A stretch of DNA of 64,000 nucleotides from Myxococcota bacterium (GCA_023150835.1 JAKLKB010000018.1:1-64000); one strand, 5' to 3'; shown: positions 28,307-39,606, numbered from the stretch's first letter. The notes: a model not told the origin generated them from the letters alone. Numbers and translations are program-made.

Positions 28307-28402
28307 TTTCTGTGATTTATCTCACATGACACTTTTTTCTGTGATTTATCTCACATGACACTTTTTTCTGTGATTTATCTCACATGACACTTTTTTCTGT
28401 GA
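28307..28402. repeat. 29-bp tandem repeat; each unit carries TGTGA-N6-TCACA
   Basis: TGTGATTTATCTCACA at 28311, 28340 and 28369, plus a half site at 28398. Confidence 0.92.
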
Positions 28403-28462
28403 TGTGTACGAGAGAAGAGAGGCGTGTGTTTGACTTTTTGAAATAAGAGTGACCCTGTTGGA

Positions 28463-28728
28463 CAAAAAAAGCCGTGTTCGCGCTACTCCAAGCGGCAAAG
28501 TCGTTGGCGTGAAAAGCACTTATACGAAATCCGCCCGTTGCGTGATCGTAAAAATGTAGGGGCAGACAGGTGTGGCTGCCCAACAATCGGGCGTCTACGC
28601 GCTCTCCTTCGATCACAGATCACTCGGATATCGTATTATTCGCCCCGCCAATACGGGGTCAAGGAAGCCGCGCTCTATGGCGGGGCGTGGGGTGACACCC
28701 CACAAACACCATCGACTGCGCGAGTCCT
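28463..28728 (+). mobile_element. Family-A MITE interrupted by a nested family-B MITE (28523-28635)
   Basis: A left arm, complete B with both TIRs, A right arm ending GACTGCGCGAGTCCT. Confidence 0.85.
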
Positions 28729-29722
28729 ATTGGAATTGAATGACGAGACGGGGTTCTTTTCCTTGGAGGGCGGGATCGAATCCGGTGAGGGTGCGGCTGC
28801 TTTTGTATTTTTCGCCGTCTTGGTCGGTGGCTGCGTTAAAAAGAAACACGCTGATGGCGTTTCCAGCGCGCCAATCGGGTTGTGCAAAGACCTCTTGGAG
28901 CAGTGCCTTTAGGTCTTTGGGGACTTGGTAGAGAGTTTGCCGATCCCAACAGTCTTTTTTGCGTTGGGGGCAATCGTATTCGTACTTGGGGGAGGTGCTG
29001 TCATCGCTGCAATCGGCGTTGCATCGGACGATCCAGCGATCGATCTTGGCGGTGGTCTTGCTGCGTTGATCGGGCCTACCTTGGACGTAATCTTGGACGT
29101 TGTAGATAGCGGAATCTGCGGTCTTTTCTGCGTAGACGTTGATCATCAAGCGGTTGTTGCTATCGACTTCGTTTTGTGGATAAAAGGACAGATACGCCGA
29201 AACGACGGAGGCACCTTGGGGAACAGCGACTTGTCGAAAGCGAAACGCCGTAAAATAAGAGGGATTTCCTGTCGCAGAGTGCCGTCCCAAGGGGACTGTT
29301 TTTCCTGAAAAATAGTTCCACGCCGTGCCGCTCATCAGATAAGAGGCCACGATGTCCTCAGGATGCGTGATCGTCAGAGATATCGGGCCTGCTGTATCAG
29401 GGCTAAGGGACTCAGCAACAGCTTCGCGGGCCTGTTCTTCGGCCTTTTCGGGGATGATTTCGGCCCCATCTACGGGCATCTCGGAGGAACGCTCGATCAG
29501 GGCCTCGGCTTGGGGTTCAGACGAGCTTTCTTGGGTGTCCTCGACGACGGCTTCTTGGGAAGTCTCGGCTCCTACGGGTTCTTTGGGAGTCGTCTCGCTG
29601 GCGGATTCTTGGCGGGGTTCGCTGCTACTGACTTCTCCTTCTGCGAGGGGGGCTGACGGCGGACAAGCAGGCAGCCCGATCAAGAGAACAAGACCGATCA
29701 CCAGATATCCAAAATAACGCAT
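28727..29722 (-). CDS. Lipoprotein with acidic linker and DNRLRE-like C-terminal domain
   Basis: Lipobox LPAC; FRFRQVAVPQGASVVSAYL; terminal PRLVIQF. Confidence 0.78.
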   Translation of the reverse strand: MRYFGYLVIGLVLLIGLPACPPSAPLAEGEVSSSEPRQESASETTPKEPVGAETSQEAVVEDTQESSSEPQAEALIERSSEMPVDGAEIIPEKAEEQAREAVAESLSPDTAGPISLTITHPEDIVASYLMSGTAWNYFSGKTVPLGRHSATGNPSYFTAFRFRQVAVPQGASVVSAYLSFYPQNEVDSNNRLMINVYAEKTADSAIYNVQDYVQGRPDQRSKTTAKIDRWIVRCNADCSDDSTSPKYEYDCPQRKKDCWDRQTLYQVPKDLKALLQEVFAQPDWRAGNAISVFLFNAATDQDGEKYKSSRTLTGFDPALQGKEPRLVIQFQ

Positions 29723-29744
29723 CTTTCGCTCCTATAGACGGCGA

Positions 29745-31499
29745 TCAGATCGACATCGAGCCTTCGCGGAAATCGCTGTTTGCGAGGTGGACGTTGATGC
29801 AAACGGGCGTCCCTTCGGCGGCGAGGCGCTTGGCTTCGTCGATAGCGCCGTCGATCTGGCTGCTTTCCGTGATCAAGATGCCTTTGGCCCCGTAGCCTTC
29901 GGCCACTTTGTGATAATCGGTGCGGCGCAGCGTTGTTCCGACCGCATCACCGAGGATCTTGACTTGATCGCGAGCGATCTGTTGCCAACTTGCGTCGTTT
30001 CCGATCACCGCGATCGGAGCAAAGCCACTGCGCACGCACGTATCAAACTCCGCGATACTGTAGGCACATGAGCCATCTCCATAAAACAACCAGACTTCGG
30101 CGCTAGGCCGCACGCTTGCCGCTCCCACCGCAAAGCCTCCACCAACGCCCAACGTGCCGAAGACTCCGGGGTCAAGCCAACTCAACGGACTGCGAGGCCG
30201 CACGATGTACGAGCCTGTCGCCACAAAGTCCCCACCATCGACGATCAACACGCTATCTTCGGCGATCTTTTCTTCGATGCGCAAAAAGAGATGGATCGGA
30301 TCAACCAACGGCCCCTCTGTTCGGGCGCTTTTGAGGATCTCTGCATCCCGTGCATCTTCGCGTGTTTTCAAGACACCAAACCAATCGCCCCAATTCTTGC
30401 GTTGGATCACACGTTGCGACAACTGCACCAAAAAGTGTCCGGGATGCGCTTGGATCGGGATCGTCGGACGTCGATTTTTCTTGAGTGCCGTAGGATCGAG
30501 GTTGATGCTGATCAGCTCGGCCTTTTTGTTGATCTTGATCCCGTAGCCAAGGCGAAAATCAAACGGAAAGCCCGCCACGATCACCACATCCGCTTCTTTT
30601 AATGCAGCACTTCGCTGATGCCGAAACTGCACTTCGCTAAACCGCCCCAATAGACCGCGTGATGCGCCCCCCAAAAACGTCGGGACGCCCAACGTCCGCA
30701 CCGCAGACGCCAAAGCTTCCGCCCGATCAGGCGTCAAGTTCACCATCGCTTGGTTTCCGATCACCAACACAGGCTTCGATGCACTCGAAAGGGCCGCAGA
30801 CACCTGTTCTAATTGGCGGCCCACACCCAAACCAAACGGTAGGTCGAATGACGGCCAGCCCGGGATCGGTAGATGCGGCATGTGGAATTGATGCTGGAGA
30901 TATCCTTTCATCGCCAACTGTGCGGCTTTTCCGACGACGCCCTTCATCTTGTCGACGCCCGACTCTTTCATATACCACTCTTCCACGATCTCTTTCGGAT
31001 ACAGCACATCGACGGGGATCTCCAAAAACACCGGTCCCGGCACGCCTTCCGTCGCGACCGCAAAGGCTTTTTCCAGCATCGGCACCAGATCGCCCACTTT
31101 GTTGCAACGCGCCGCCCACTTGGTGATCGGCTTCATCAACGACAACTGATCGATATCTTGCAGAGAACCTCGTCCCCGCAATACGGTTGCGGTCGCACCA
31201 CCCAAGATCAAGATCGGCTGCTGCGCTTCTTGTGCGTTTTTGACCGCTGTCACGGTGTTGGTCACCCCCGGCCCTGCGGTCACAGCGCAAACGCCCGGGA
31301 TACCCGTCATTCGGCTCGCTGCATCCGCAGCAAACGCCGCTGTCGCCTCGTCTCGGACATCCACCACCGTCAGGCCGTGCATCTTCGCGCCCTGCAAGAT
31401 CGGCGAGATATGCCCCCCACACAGGTTGTACAAACAAGACACGCCATGCGCCGCCAACACCTCGCCCACTATCGAACCACCGTGTATATGCTCACTCAT
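29745..31499 (-). CDS. TPP-dependent enzyme, acetolactate synthase-like (ILVBL/2-hydroxyacyl-CoA lyase-like)
   Basis: [43 protein letters not shown] motif. Confidence 0.88.
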   Translation of the reverse strand: MSEHIHGGSIVGEVLAAHGVSCLYNLCGGHISPILQGAKMHGLTVVDVRDEATAAFAADAASRMTGIPGVCAVTAGPGVTNTVTAVKNAQEAQQPILILGGATATVLRGRGSLQDIDQLSLMKPITKWAARCNKVGDLVPMLEKAFAVATEGVPGPVFLEIPVDVLYPKEIVEEWYMKESGVDKMKGVVGKAAQLAMKGYLQHQFHMPHLPIPGWPSFDLPFGLGVGRQLEQVSAALSSASKPVLVIGNQAMVNLTPDRAEALASAVRTLGVPTFLGGASRGLLGRFSEVQFRHQRSAALKEADVVIVAGFPFDFRLGYGIKINKKAELISINLDPTALKKNRRPTIPIQAHPGHFLVQLSQRVIQRKNWGDWFGVLKTREDARDAEILKSARTEGPLVDPIHLFLRIEEKIAEDSVLIVDGGDFVATGSYIVRPRSPLSWLDPGVFGTLGVGGGFAVGAASVRPSAEVWLFYGDGSCAYSIAEFDTCVRSGFAPIAVIGNDASWQQIARDQVKILGDAVGTTLRRTDYHKVAEGYGAKGILITESSQIDGAIDEAKRLAAEGTPVCINVHLANSDFREGSMSI

Positions 31500-31674
31500 C
31501 GAAAACTCCATCTTTCTGTTTCATCCAAGCCCATGCAGGTGTCATCCCGCAAGAAGCTCCCAACATCGCGGAAGAGACAAGCCAATCAGAAGAGAGCCAA
31601 CTTGCCACAAACCTCCTGCGCGCCCATCACAACCGCATCAACTCGTTCTGTCAAGCAGATGGCTCGATCGGTCG

Positions 31675-31730
31675 CCCTTCAAACAAACCACTGCACTGCT
31701 TGAAAGAGCGCAAACACGGAGTCTTTGTCT
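31675..31730 (-). mobile_element. Family-A left-arm fragment
   Basis: Reverse complement of CCGTGTTTGCGCTCTTTCAAGC...TTTGAA. Confidence 0.6.
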
Positions 31731-31795
31731 ACGGATTGCTCCCGTATGTGCATCCTTCAAGATTTGTAGCGAGCAAGAAGCGGTCGGTACGGAGG

Positions 31796-32140
31796 TTAGG
31801 GCTTTTTGTAACGGATCTCGGCGTCTGCCGATGCGCAAATTCCGACTCCCCCAAGAACAACGCTGCTATAGCCGCTCGACTGATTCATCCGTTCAGCCGA
31901 GATATGGCTTGCGCTGCCCGTTGTTTCGTTCAAACTTCCGCCTGATATCGTGCTGTCTTCCCCGATCGTGCGATTCAAATGCCCCCCCAACACACAACTC
32001 GTCAGCCCACCCGCCCGATTCGAAGAACCGCCGAGAACAGCACTACCGCGCCCTATCGCTTGGTTATCCGTTCCACCCACCACAGCACTTCGATCACCTT
32101 TCGCTTCGTTGCTACCGCCTTCGGGTACGCTGCTGCGATT
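31796..32140 (-). pseudogene. Fragment of a GGxxN 14-residue repeat (adhesin/tail-fibre-head-like) protein
   Basis: [26 protein letters not shown] repeats; no own start or RBS; abuts the stop codon of the neighbour. Confidence 0.65.
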
Positions 32141-32142
32141 CC

Positions 32143-33036
32143 CTATTTTTGTTTGGAGCGGCTTACTGATGAAAGGGTTTTTTGGAACCAATCTCGATCA
32201 AATTGCAACATTGCATGGCGAAGGCCCTCCCATAAGATCGGCGCTGTGCCGTCTAGATGGCGGCGCATCCAAAGACCAAGAAGCACAGCCGGCGGGTGCG
32301 CATAGTCTCCGTCGGTGGATTCGCCGTCGGGATCCCAGAACTTATGCTGCGGAAGAGTGCTACGAAATCGCTTCACAAGATACGAAAGCCCTCCCTTGCT
32401 GTCGGTCAACGCAAGAGCTTTTTCGTACGCCTTCACTTCTTGTTTCAAGTCAAGTTTTGTGTGCAAATGCAGATAAGTCTCTACACATTTCCTCGCATAG
32501 TCGCGCAGCATCACGTCATAAACAGTTTGCCACTTGTACGCCCCAACCTTCTGATCTGGTGAAGGCATCAAATGAGCGATCACCCAACGCACAAACGCAG
32601 GATTCACCGAGTTTCGTTTTGCGCGCTCGGGTTTAGGCGATCCAAGAAATATCTTCTGCCCAGACAAACGTTCCCAAACAGCCAGTTCATCGGCGAATTG
32701 GCCTTTTTCTTTCGAGAGTTTTTTGAAATGGAGATGGAGCGCTTCTGCAAACAAAAGCCGCCAAGATCCGTGTGATCGCCAAAAAGTTCCGAGCTTTTTT
32801 CGATGAAACGCCAACGGACCCTTGGGCGCAAAGAAGCTCGTGATGTACTCATAAGCAAGCAAATCGACGAAGATCTCTGAAATAAGAGGTTGTTTCGTCT
32901 CGAACGCGCTTTTCTTGAGCAGCACAGAAGATCGATCTGGGGGAGGTGTCGCAGGCCGAGAATTCGGCGGCTGCGCGAAAGACTGGAACGGGGAAAGGCA
33001 AAGCAAACTCAGCAAAATACATAGACTTATTCGCAT
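32143..33036 (-). CDS. Secreted hypothetical protein
   Basis: AGGAG RBS; signal peptide ending SFA; NPAFVRW..P.PD and [11 protein letters not shown] motifs. Confidence 0.8.
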   Translation of the reverse strand: MRISLCILLSLLCLSPFQSFAQPPNSRPATPPPDRSSVLLKKSAFETKQPLISEIFVDLLAYEYITSFFAPKGPLAFHRKKLGTFWRSHGSWRLLFAEALHLHFKKLSKEKGQFADELAVWERLSGQKIFLGSPKPERAKRNSVNPAFVRWVIAHLMPSPDQKVGAYKWQTVYDVMLRDYARKCVETYLHLHTKLDLKQEVKAYEKALALTDSKGGLSYLVKRFRSTLPQHKFWDPDGESTDGDYAHPPAVLLGLWMRRHLDGTAPILWEGLRHAMLQFDRDWFQKTLSSVSRSKQK

Positions 33037-33583
33037 GGACTTTCTCCTAAGTCGGAGGGTTTGTAGAAGTGCCGCAGTTCGTCGTAAAGCACCCATTGCT
33101 TTTCGAAATCGAGCTGTCTGCGCATCGTCCATCTCTATCAAACGGGTGTTTTTTCTTCGCTGAGATTCGGTTCGTCTGATCTTGCGGGAGCGTTGGAACA
33201 CCTTACACACTGCTCTCGTTGGCGTCAACACACTCGCGGCACGAGCAAGCGAAGCTCGCTTTGTTTCATGGAAAGATCTCAACCGCATGGCTTGTTTGTG
33301 ACGGATGCCCAAAAAAGGTGTTTGTAAAACGTAGCGGCTGGCGAAGGGGCAACTATAAACTTTGCAACAGCGGCTCAGTCCCCAAAACTTTAAGATCGGC
33401 GAAGGGGCAACACCCCGCAGCATAAACCCACCGCATCGCTCGGATGCGACTCGGGGAAGCCTTGCGCCTTGCTTGCCTCGGTGCCGCCCCTTCGATATGA
33501 TGCGCCGCCGAAACGTATGCCGAGATGTTGCATCCAAGGCATACCATCGGACACCCCCATCCACCGAGACGAAAGAGGAAGCC

Positions 33584-34753
33584 ATGCCGATCCAAACCAT
33601 CGAAGATTTTCAAGCCTACGTCCAAAGCATCGAAGCAGAGGCCGATTACAAACGTCCGCTGGCTTATGGACTCGGAATCCGCCGTCGCAAGGGCGAAAAA
33701 ACGCTGGATGTGTTGTTTCCCCACATCAACTACCAAACCAACTTTGGCGGTGCGGCTGTACTCTCCAAAAAAGTCGGGTGGTTCGGACAACAAAACGGAT
33801 TTGCCTCCCTCACCCTCGAACAGATCCAAGACCTCCACAAGACTTTTCTCCCTTTTCGCAACGACACCACCAAGCCCCATCCCAACCTGCGCACCCTTGA
33901 AACCATCCTCGCTGCCCACAAAACGCCCGAAGGATACGCAGAGATCGACATCATCCTTTATCTTCTCTTTGACGGGAGCCACCCCGTTCAAACGCCCGAA
34001 GAGGCCTACTTTAAGCTCCAATGCCTCTCTCAACGCTGTGTCAAACCCCACAGCGTCAATCTCCAAGGCGCATTTGGCGTCCTCCACAACCTCGCGTGGA
34101 CCAACTACGGCCCCATGCTTCCCGAAGACGTCCCCGCCGAACGCATCCGCTACCTTTACTCCGCTCAACCTCTTCAGATCAGCCATCTTGACAAGTTTCC
34201 TTACCTTGTGGACTACCATCTCCCAAGCGGCTGTCGTATCGCAGCCAACGCCCAAGTCCGCCTCGGTGCTTACCTCGGCGAAGGAACCACCGTGATGCCC
34301 GCAGGTTACATCAACTTCAACGCAGGCACCGAAGGGAACGCGATGGTCGAAGGGCGCATCTCTGGCGGTGTTTTTGTGGGTGCAAACTCCGATATCGGCG
34401 GAGGGGCCTCGATCATGGGAACCCTCTCAGGAGGCAACAAGCATGTGATCACCATCGGCGAAAAATGCCTGCTCGGAGCCAACGCAGGGACGGGCATCTC
34501 GCTTGGATTTGGCTGCACCATCCAAGCAGGTCTCTACATCACCGCAGGCATGAAGATCTTTCTCTACAACCAACACGACCAACCCACCGACCTCAACGGA
34601 AAGATCGTCGAAGAAGGCCAAAACCTCGTCAAAGCGATGGATCTGAGCGGTCGCGACAAGATGCTGTTTCTTCAAGACTCCCGCACGGGCCGCGTGATCT
34701 GCAAACCCAACCCCAAAACCATCGAACTGAACGCCGCTTTGCACAAAAACTAA
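33584..34753 (+). CDS. dapD: Tetrahydrodipicolinate N-succinyltransferase
   Basis: DKFP, VRLGAYLGEGTTVM, NFNAGT, EGRIS, GGGASIMGTLSGG, LNAALH. Confidence 0.95.
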   Translation: MPIQTIEDFQAYVQSIEAEADYKRPLAYGLGIRRRKGEKTLDVLFPHINYQTNFGGAAVLSKKVGWFGQQNGFASLTLEQIQDLHKTFLPFRNDTTKPHPNLRTLETILAAHKTPEGYAEIDIILYLLFDGSHPVQTPEEAYFKLQCLSQRCVKPHSVNLQGAFGVLHNLAWTNYGPMLPEDVPAERIRYLYSAQPLQISHLDKFPYLVDYHLPSGCRIAANAQVRLGAYLGEGTTVMPAGYINFNAGTEGNAMVEGRISGGVFVGANSDIGGGASIMGTLSGGNKHVITIGEKCLLGANAGTGISLGFGCTIQAGLYITAGMKIFLYNQHDQPTDLNGKIVEEGQNLVKAMDLSGRDKMLFLQDSRTGRVICKPNPKTIELNAALHKN

Positions 34754-34926
34754 CGCAAACAGCGGGTTCGTTCTTCAACGCCTATCCCAGAACTGAACGC
34801 CGCTTTGCACAAAAACGGACCTTTGCGCCACCGCGCAGCCTTCCACGAAAAGTCAACACGTGGCTTCACCCCATGCCGTTCCACCCGATGGATCGGCATA
34901 TCCGCACCTCAAAGGAGTTTCCTCAG

Positions 34927-35403
34927 ATGTACACTCTGACGCTTTGGCTTCACTCGTTCTTGCGCTGGGCCTTGTTATTGGCCCTTCTATTCAAAATCTG
35001 GCAGGCGTATTCAGGCTGGTTCCAAAACAAAGCTTGGACGCCGCTTGACAAACAAGGCAATCTTCTCGTGCTGATCTTCTCTCATCTCCAGCTTGTTTTG
35101 GGACTTATCCTGTATCTTGGCCTCAGCCCTTATGGCGCCTCTTCTTTCAAAAATGGGATGAAGATCGTCATGAAGACGCGAGAGTTGCGCTTTTGGGCGG
35201 TCGAACATATCGCACTGATGCTGCTTTCGCTGGTGTTCGTCCAGATCGGCTTTTCCATCGCCAAGCGCAAAGAAGAAAGCCTGAGCCAGCACAAGATTTC
35301 CGCTATCTGGTTTACGGTGGCCTTGGTTGCGCTGCTCGCAGCGATCCCGTGGCCCTTCCTTTCCACAGGTGCAGGAAGACCTTGGCTGCGCTTGGGTTGG
35401 TGA
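34927..35403 (+). CDS. 4-TM membrane protein, cytochrome b-like
   Basis: LHSFLRW, HLQLVLGL, RFWAVEH, IPWP. Confidence 0.82.
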   Translation: MYTLTLWLHSFLRWALLLALLFKIWQAYSGWFQNKAWTPLDKQGNLLVLIFSHLQLVLGLILYLGLSPYGASSFKNGMKIVMKTRELRFWAVEHIALMLLSLVFVQIGFSIAKRKEESLSQHKISAIWFTVALVALLAAIPWPFLSTGAGRPWLRLGW

Positions 35404-35490
35404 TTTGATGTAGGAAGGGGCGGGCGATGCGGCGGGTTTGCTTTTGTCGCGTTTCAAACGCTGGTTCGCTCTCTACGAACGGCGGCTGCA

Positions 35491-37179
35491 CTATGCAGCG
35501 GACTTGCTTTTGTCGCGTTGGTGCGAGATGTATTGCGCGATATTGAAAGCGTGATCTCCGATCCGCTCGAAACTGGTCAACATATCGATAAAGATCAGCC
35601 CTGTGTTCGCGTCACAACGGCCTTCAACGATGCGTGCGATATGGGCATCTCGCAACTCACCGCGCATCTTGTCGATCTGTTGCTCGAGTTCCAACGCTTC
35701 TTTGATAAAGTTGGCGTCATAATCCGTCACGTACTTTTCCAACAATTGCAAGGCCCGCTCAACCAGCGTTGCGATCGCGTGTACCTGCTCTTTTCCATCT
35801 TCCGAAAAAGACAGTTTTTTATCATATTTTCTCTGTAAAAATCGCAAAATTGCTTCGCAATGATCCCCGATCTTTTCAAAGTCGTGCGCCATGTTCATGC
35901 AAGCAGCGACTTCCGCGCTCGTTTCGCCCGAAAGCGGCTCACGGATGATCTGCGCAAGGTATGTGGTTAGTTCGCGCTCTAAACCATCGATCTCGTCTTC
36001 GTAGCGCGCCACTTGCTTCGCAAGTTCCACAGCCTTCGATTGCCCTTGGTCGAACAACTGAATCACCGACCGAAACATCTCGATCGACTTCTGCGCCATC
36101 CGCTGCAACTCTTTGCGCGTCGCGACCAACGCCAGTTCTGGAGTCGCCATCAGCGTGGTTTCCAAATACACCAGATGCCGTTCTTCGGGTTTTTCTTCAC
36201 CGGGAACAAGACGCACTACAAACGCTGCAAACGCCCCAACAAACGGCAAAAACAGCATCGTGTTAATGATGTTAAAGGTCGTATGAAAAGCCGCCATCCG
36301 CGTCGCAACGTTCCCGGGCGAGAGCCACGTCACCAACGACAATAACGGGCTAAACAACACCACCGCCCAGACGACACCCACGACGTTGAACGCCATGTGC
36401 GCTCTTGCTGCACGCCTCGCAGACAAACTCATCCCCAAAGAAGCTAAATAAGCTGTAATCGTTGTTCCAATGTTTTCGCCCAAGATCAAGGCGGCTGCCG
36501 TCGGAAAATCAATCAAACCTTGATACGCAAAGTTGATGGTCAAAGCCATCGTCGCGCTCGACGATTGTAAAATGATGGTCAAGACCGTACCAATAAAAAC
36601 ACACAAGATCACCGCAAAGATTCCCGTCTGTGCAGAGTAGGTCTTCAACATCCCCGCCATAAAAGGCGAGGCTTGGATGATATCTTTCATCCCTGCCACC
36701 GACTTCTGCATAAACATCAGGCCCAAAAATAGCAGGCCAAACCCCACCAAGATCTCACCCCACAACGCCCGCCGTTTGCCCGTACCCAAAAAGATCAACA
36801 CAACCCCCACACCCACCGCTGGCCCCGCAAAGGTCGAGATATCGAACTTGAACCCCAAAACGGCCACGATCCAACCCGTCATCGTCGTGCCGATGTTCGC
36901 CCCCAAGATCACACCGATCGCCTGCACCAACGACAAAAACCCCGCATGCGTCAGCCCCACCACCATCACGGTCGTTGCGCTCGAAGACTGAATCACTGAT
37001 GTCACCAAAAGGCCGGTCAGTACACTCTTGATCGGATTCCCTGTCATGCTTTGGAGCATTTGGCGCATTTTCGGCCCGCCTGCTGAGTCCAAGCCTTGAC
37101 TCATCAAGCGCATCCCGTACAAAAATACCCCCAAACCTCCAAAGACTCCCAATGCGATCTGTAACCCGGTTTCTTGCAT
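35491..37179 (-). CDS. Na+/Pi cotransporter with PhoU domains
   Basis: Two QSSSAT motifs; GANIGTT/GENIGTT; C-terminal ERIGDHA.NI. Confidence 0.93.
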   Translation of the reverse strand: MQETGLQIALGVFGGLGVFLYGMRLMSQGLDSAGGPKMRQMLQSMTGNPIKSVLTGLLVTSVIQSSSATTVMVVGLTHAGFLSLVQAIGVILGANIGTTMTGWIVAVLGFKFDISTFAGPAVGVGVVLIFLGTGKRRALWGEILVGFGLLFLGLMFMQKSVAGMKDIIQASPFMAGMLKTYSAQTGIFAVILCVFIGTVLTIILQSSSATMALTINFAYQGLIDFPTAAALILGENIGTTITAYLASLGMSLSARRAARAHMAFNVVGVVWAVVLFSPLLSLVTWLSPGNVATRMAAFHTTFNIINTMLFLPFVGAFAAFVVRLVPGEEKPEERHLVYLETTLMATPELALVATRKELQRMAQKSIEMFRSVIQLFDQGQSKAVELAKQVARYEDEIDGLERELTTYLAQIIREPLSGETSAEVAACMNMAHDFEKIGDHCEAILRFLQRKYDKKLSFSEDGKEQVHAIATLVERALQLLEKYVTDYDANFIKEALELEQQIDKMRGELRDAHIARIVEGRCDANTGLIFIDMLTSFERIGDHAFNIAQYISHQRDKSKSAA

Positions 37180-37484
37180 CTGGATTTTTTCCTTTATTGG
37201 TGTCAGCCATATCCCAAGATCTCGCCCACAAGCACCACAGATGCGACACGTTGCAAAGCCCGCATAGGCGAGATCTCCCACAAAACTGCCCGACAACATC
37301 GGCAACTTTGCTTTCTGCGATGCGTGTTTCTAGCACATCTTTTGTGATTTCTATGAAACTTTTCTGCAACAACCCTGTTTCGCCTCCCCATGCTCGCTCG
37401 AAACAATGAACCCTCTAGCCAACCAAGCAGCCCAAAGGATGTCCCGCCTCCCCATGATCCCTCAAAACATCTCCCCACCTTCCT

Positions 37485-37922
37485 TCACCCATGAATTGAT
37501 TTTAGGTTCGAGGAGGCCAACAAGTCTTGCAAACGAGCCTTGATCTGATCACGCGCCACCCGAAAAAAGTGCAGACGCTGTTCGTCCGTTAACACTTCTG
37601 CTTTTCGATCAGGATCTTGCAACGGCCAATGCAAACGCTTTGCGCAGCCCAAAAAGACGGGGCAGACTTCTTCTGCGCACAACGTGATCACCAGCTCCAC
37701 CCCCGCAGGATCGATCGTGTCCACCGACTTGGAATGATGCCCTGCCAGATCGATCCCCACTTCCGCCATCGCCTTGATCGCAAAAGGATTTACCCGCGAG
37801 GGCTGCGTTCCCGCCGATTGCACCAACACGCCCTCCCCAAACAACGATCTCGCCCATCCTTCCGCCATCTGCGAGCGAGCCGAGTTCGCAACACACAAAA
37901 ACAACACGCTTTTCCACTCCAT
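37485..37922 (-). CDS. arsC: Thioredoxin-type arsenate reductase
   Basis: [25 protein letters not shown]. Confidence 0.93.
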   Translation of the reverse strand: MEWKSVLFLCVANSARSQMAEGWARSLFGEGVLVQSAGTQPSRVNPFAIKAMAEVGIDLAGHHSKSVDTIDPAGVELVITLCAEEVCPVFLGCAKRLHWPLQDPDRKAEVLTDEQRLHFFRVARDQIKARLQDLLASSNLKSIHG

Positions 37923-38022
37923 CACCCTGACTCCTTGCCAAACGCACCCATCGCACGGTCTGCCGCCCGAGGACAGGTCTTCTTTCACTACGTGGCCTTG
38001 GCCCCTTGCCAAACGCACGCCT

Positions 38023-39078
38023 TCAAACATCTTGCACAGCCGTCTTCGGGGCTTTGCTTGGCGCTTCGCTTGGGGTTGGAAACCATGCCCTCGTTCGGTT
38101 CGCAAAAGCCACCAACGACAACATCACAGGAACCTCGATCAAGACGCCCACAACCGTCGCCAAAGCCGCCCCAGACAACGGGCCAAACAAACTGATCGCC
38201 ACCGCCACCGCCAGTTCGAAAAAATTGGATGTCCCGATCATCGCGGCTGGAGCAGCGATATCATGTGGCAATCGCAGCAATTTTGCCAAACCATAGGAGA
38301 TCCCAAAGATCCCGTAGCTCTGGATCAGGAGCGGCACCGCGATCAAGACCACCACAAGAGGCTTTCCGACGATCTCCTTCGCTTGAAAACCAAACAACAA
38401 CACCACTGTCAGCAACAATCCCACCATCGATACGGGCTTGAGTCCGTCCCCGAATCGCTGCAAGCGCTCCCGACTTAATCCTCGCTGCGTCAAAACACCC
38501 GCAGCCAAAGGGATCACGATAAAGATCACCACCGAAGCCAACAGCGTTTCCCAAGGCACCACCAACCGCGTTACCCCCAACAAAAAAGCCGCGATCGGCG
38601 CAAACGCAAACACCATGATCAGATCGTTCACCGACACTTGGACAAGCGTGTAGTTTGGATCGCCGTCTGTCAGATGGCTCCACACAAACACCATCGCCGT
38701 GCAAGGCGCAACACCAAGCAAGATCATCCCTGCGATGTACTGTTGCGCATCTGCCGATGACACCCACCCCGCAAACACATAACGAAAAAATACGATACCT
38801 AAAAAAGCCATCGTAAAGGGCTTTACAAGCCAATTAATCAACAATGTTAAGAATAAACCTTTGGGTTTTTTCCCCACATCTTTCAAACAACTCGGATCGA
38901 CCTTCAACATCATCGGGTAGATCATCAACCAAATCAGCACCGCCACCACAAGGTTCACACGCGCCCATTCAAGCTTACCCAACCACACAAACGCGCTCGG
39001 CATCCACAAACCCAACACCACACCCACCCCAATCGACAGCGCCACCCACAACGACAAAAACCGCTCAAAAAGACCCAT
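38023..39078 (-). CDS. acr3: Acr3 arsenite efflux transporter
   Basis: [42 protein letters not shown]. Confidence 0.96.
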   Translation of the reverse strand: MGLFERFLSLWVALSIGVGVVLGLWMPSAFVWLGKLEWARVNLVVAVLIWLMIYPMMLKVDPSCLKDVGKKPKGLFLTLLINWLVKPFTMAFLGIVFFRYVFAGWVSSADAQQYIAGMILLGVAPCTAMVFVWSHLTDGDPNYTLVQVSVNDLIMVFAFAPIAAFLLGVTRLVVPWETLLASVVIFIVIPLAAGVLTQRGLSRERLQRFGDGLKPVSMVGLLLTVVLLFGFQAKEIVGKPLVVVLIAVPLLIQSYGIFGISYGLAKLLRLPHDIAAPAAMIGTSNFFELAVAVAISLFGPLSGAALATVVGVLIEVPVMLSLVAFANRTRAWFPTPSEAPSKAPKTAVQDV

Positions 39079-39116
39079 CGCTCTCCTCTTCCCTTTCTTT
39101 CGCCTAAAAAAGCCTA

Positions 39117-39458
39117 TCATTCGGATGTTTCCGAGGATAACGCCTCCAACAAGCGCTGAAATATCCCCATCACTTCGGGTTCTATGCAATAACAAACCTT
39201 TGGCCCCTCGATCTCGCCCCGTATCCACCCCGCCTCCTTCAACACTTTCAAATGCTGCGATACCGTCGACTGCGCCAACGGCAATTCCTCCACGATCTCC
39301 CCACAAATACAAGACGTTCGACGCATCAATAACCGTAAGATCGCCACGCGCGCCGAATGCCCCAATGCCTTCGCCAATTCCGCCAAGCGCGTATTCGCTT
39401 CTCCCTCACTCTTCGGATAATCCATCACTGCTGCTTCGGGACAACATCTCTTCTCCAT
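39117..39458 (-). CDS. arsR: ArsR-family repressor
   Basis: [27 protein letters not shown]-terminal CC. Confidence 0.93.
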   Translation of the reverse strand: MEKRCCPEAAVMDYPKSEGEANTRLAELAKALGHSARVAILRLLMRRTSCICGEIVEELPLAQSTVSQHLKVLKEAGWIRGEIEGPKVCYCIEPEVMGIFQRLLEALSSETSE

Positions 39459-39467
39459 CGAAACCTC

Positions 39468-39500
39468 CTTTTATCGTTTATCTGCGATAAACGATAAAAG
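39468..39500. promoter_or_regulatory. Putative ArsR operator
   Basis: Perfect 15-3-15 inverted repeat CTTTTATCGTTTATC-TGC-GATAAACGATAAAAG next to the arsR RBS. Confidence 0.85.
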
Positions 39501-39606
39501 AAGCTGCGTCAACCCCCGACTTGTAAAGAAGCCGCGTCAACCCCCGACTTGTAAAGAAGCCGCGTCAACCCCCGACTTGTAAAGAAGGCGTCAACCCCCG
39601 ACTTGT
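39497..39606. repeat. 28-bp tandem repeat (about 4 copies) containing the 3' end of the SnoaL-like gene
   Basis: GCGTCAACCCCCGACTTGTAAAGAAGCC. Confidence 0.95.

Noticed and set aside
28307-28402. CRISPR array
   Set aside because: Units are identical end to end with no unique spacers; simple tandem repeat
33420-33583. Lysine riboswitch upstream of dapD
   Set aside because: No recognisable conserved L-box motifs
39497-39606. CRISPR array or iterons
   Set aside because: No spacers, the unit contains the neighbouring gene's last codons, and no rep gene is present
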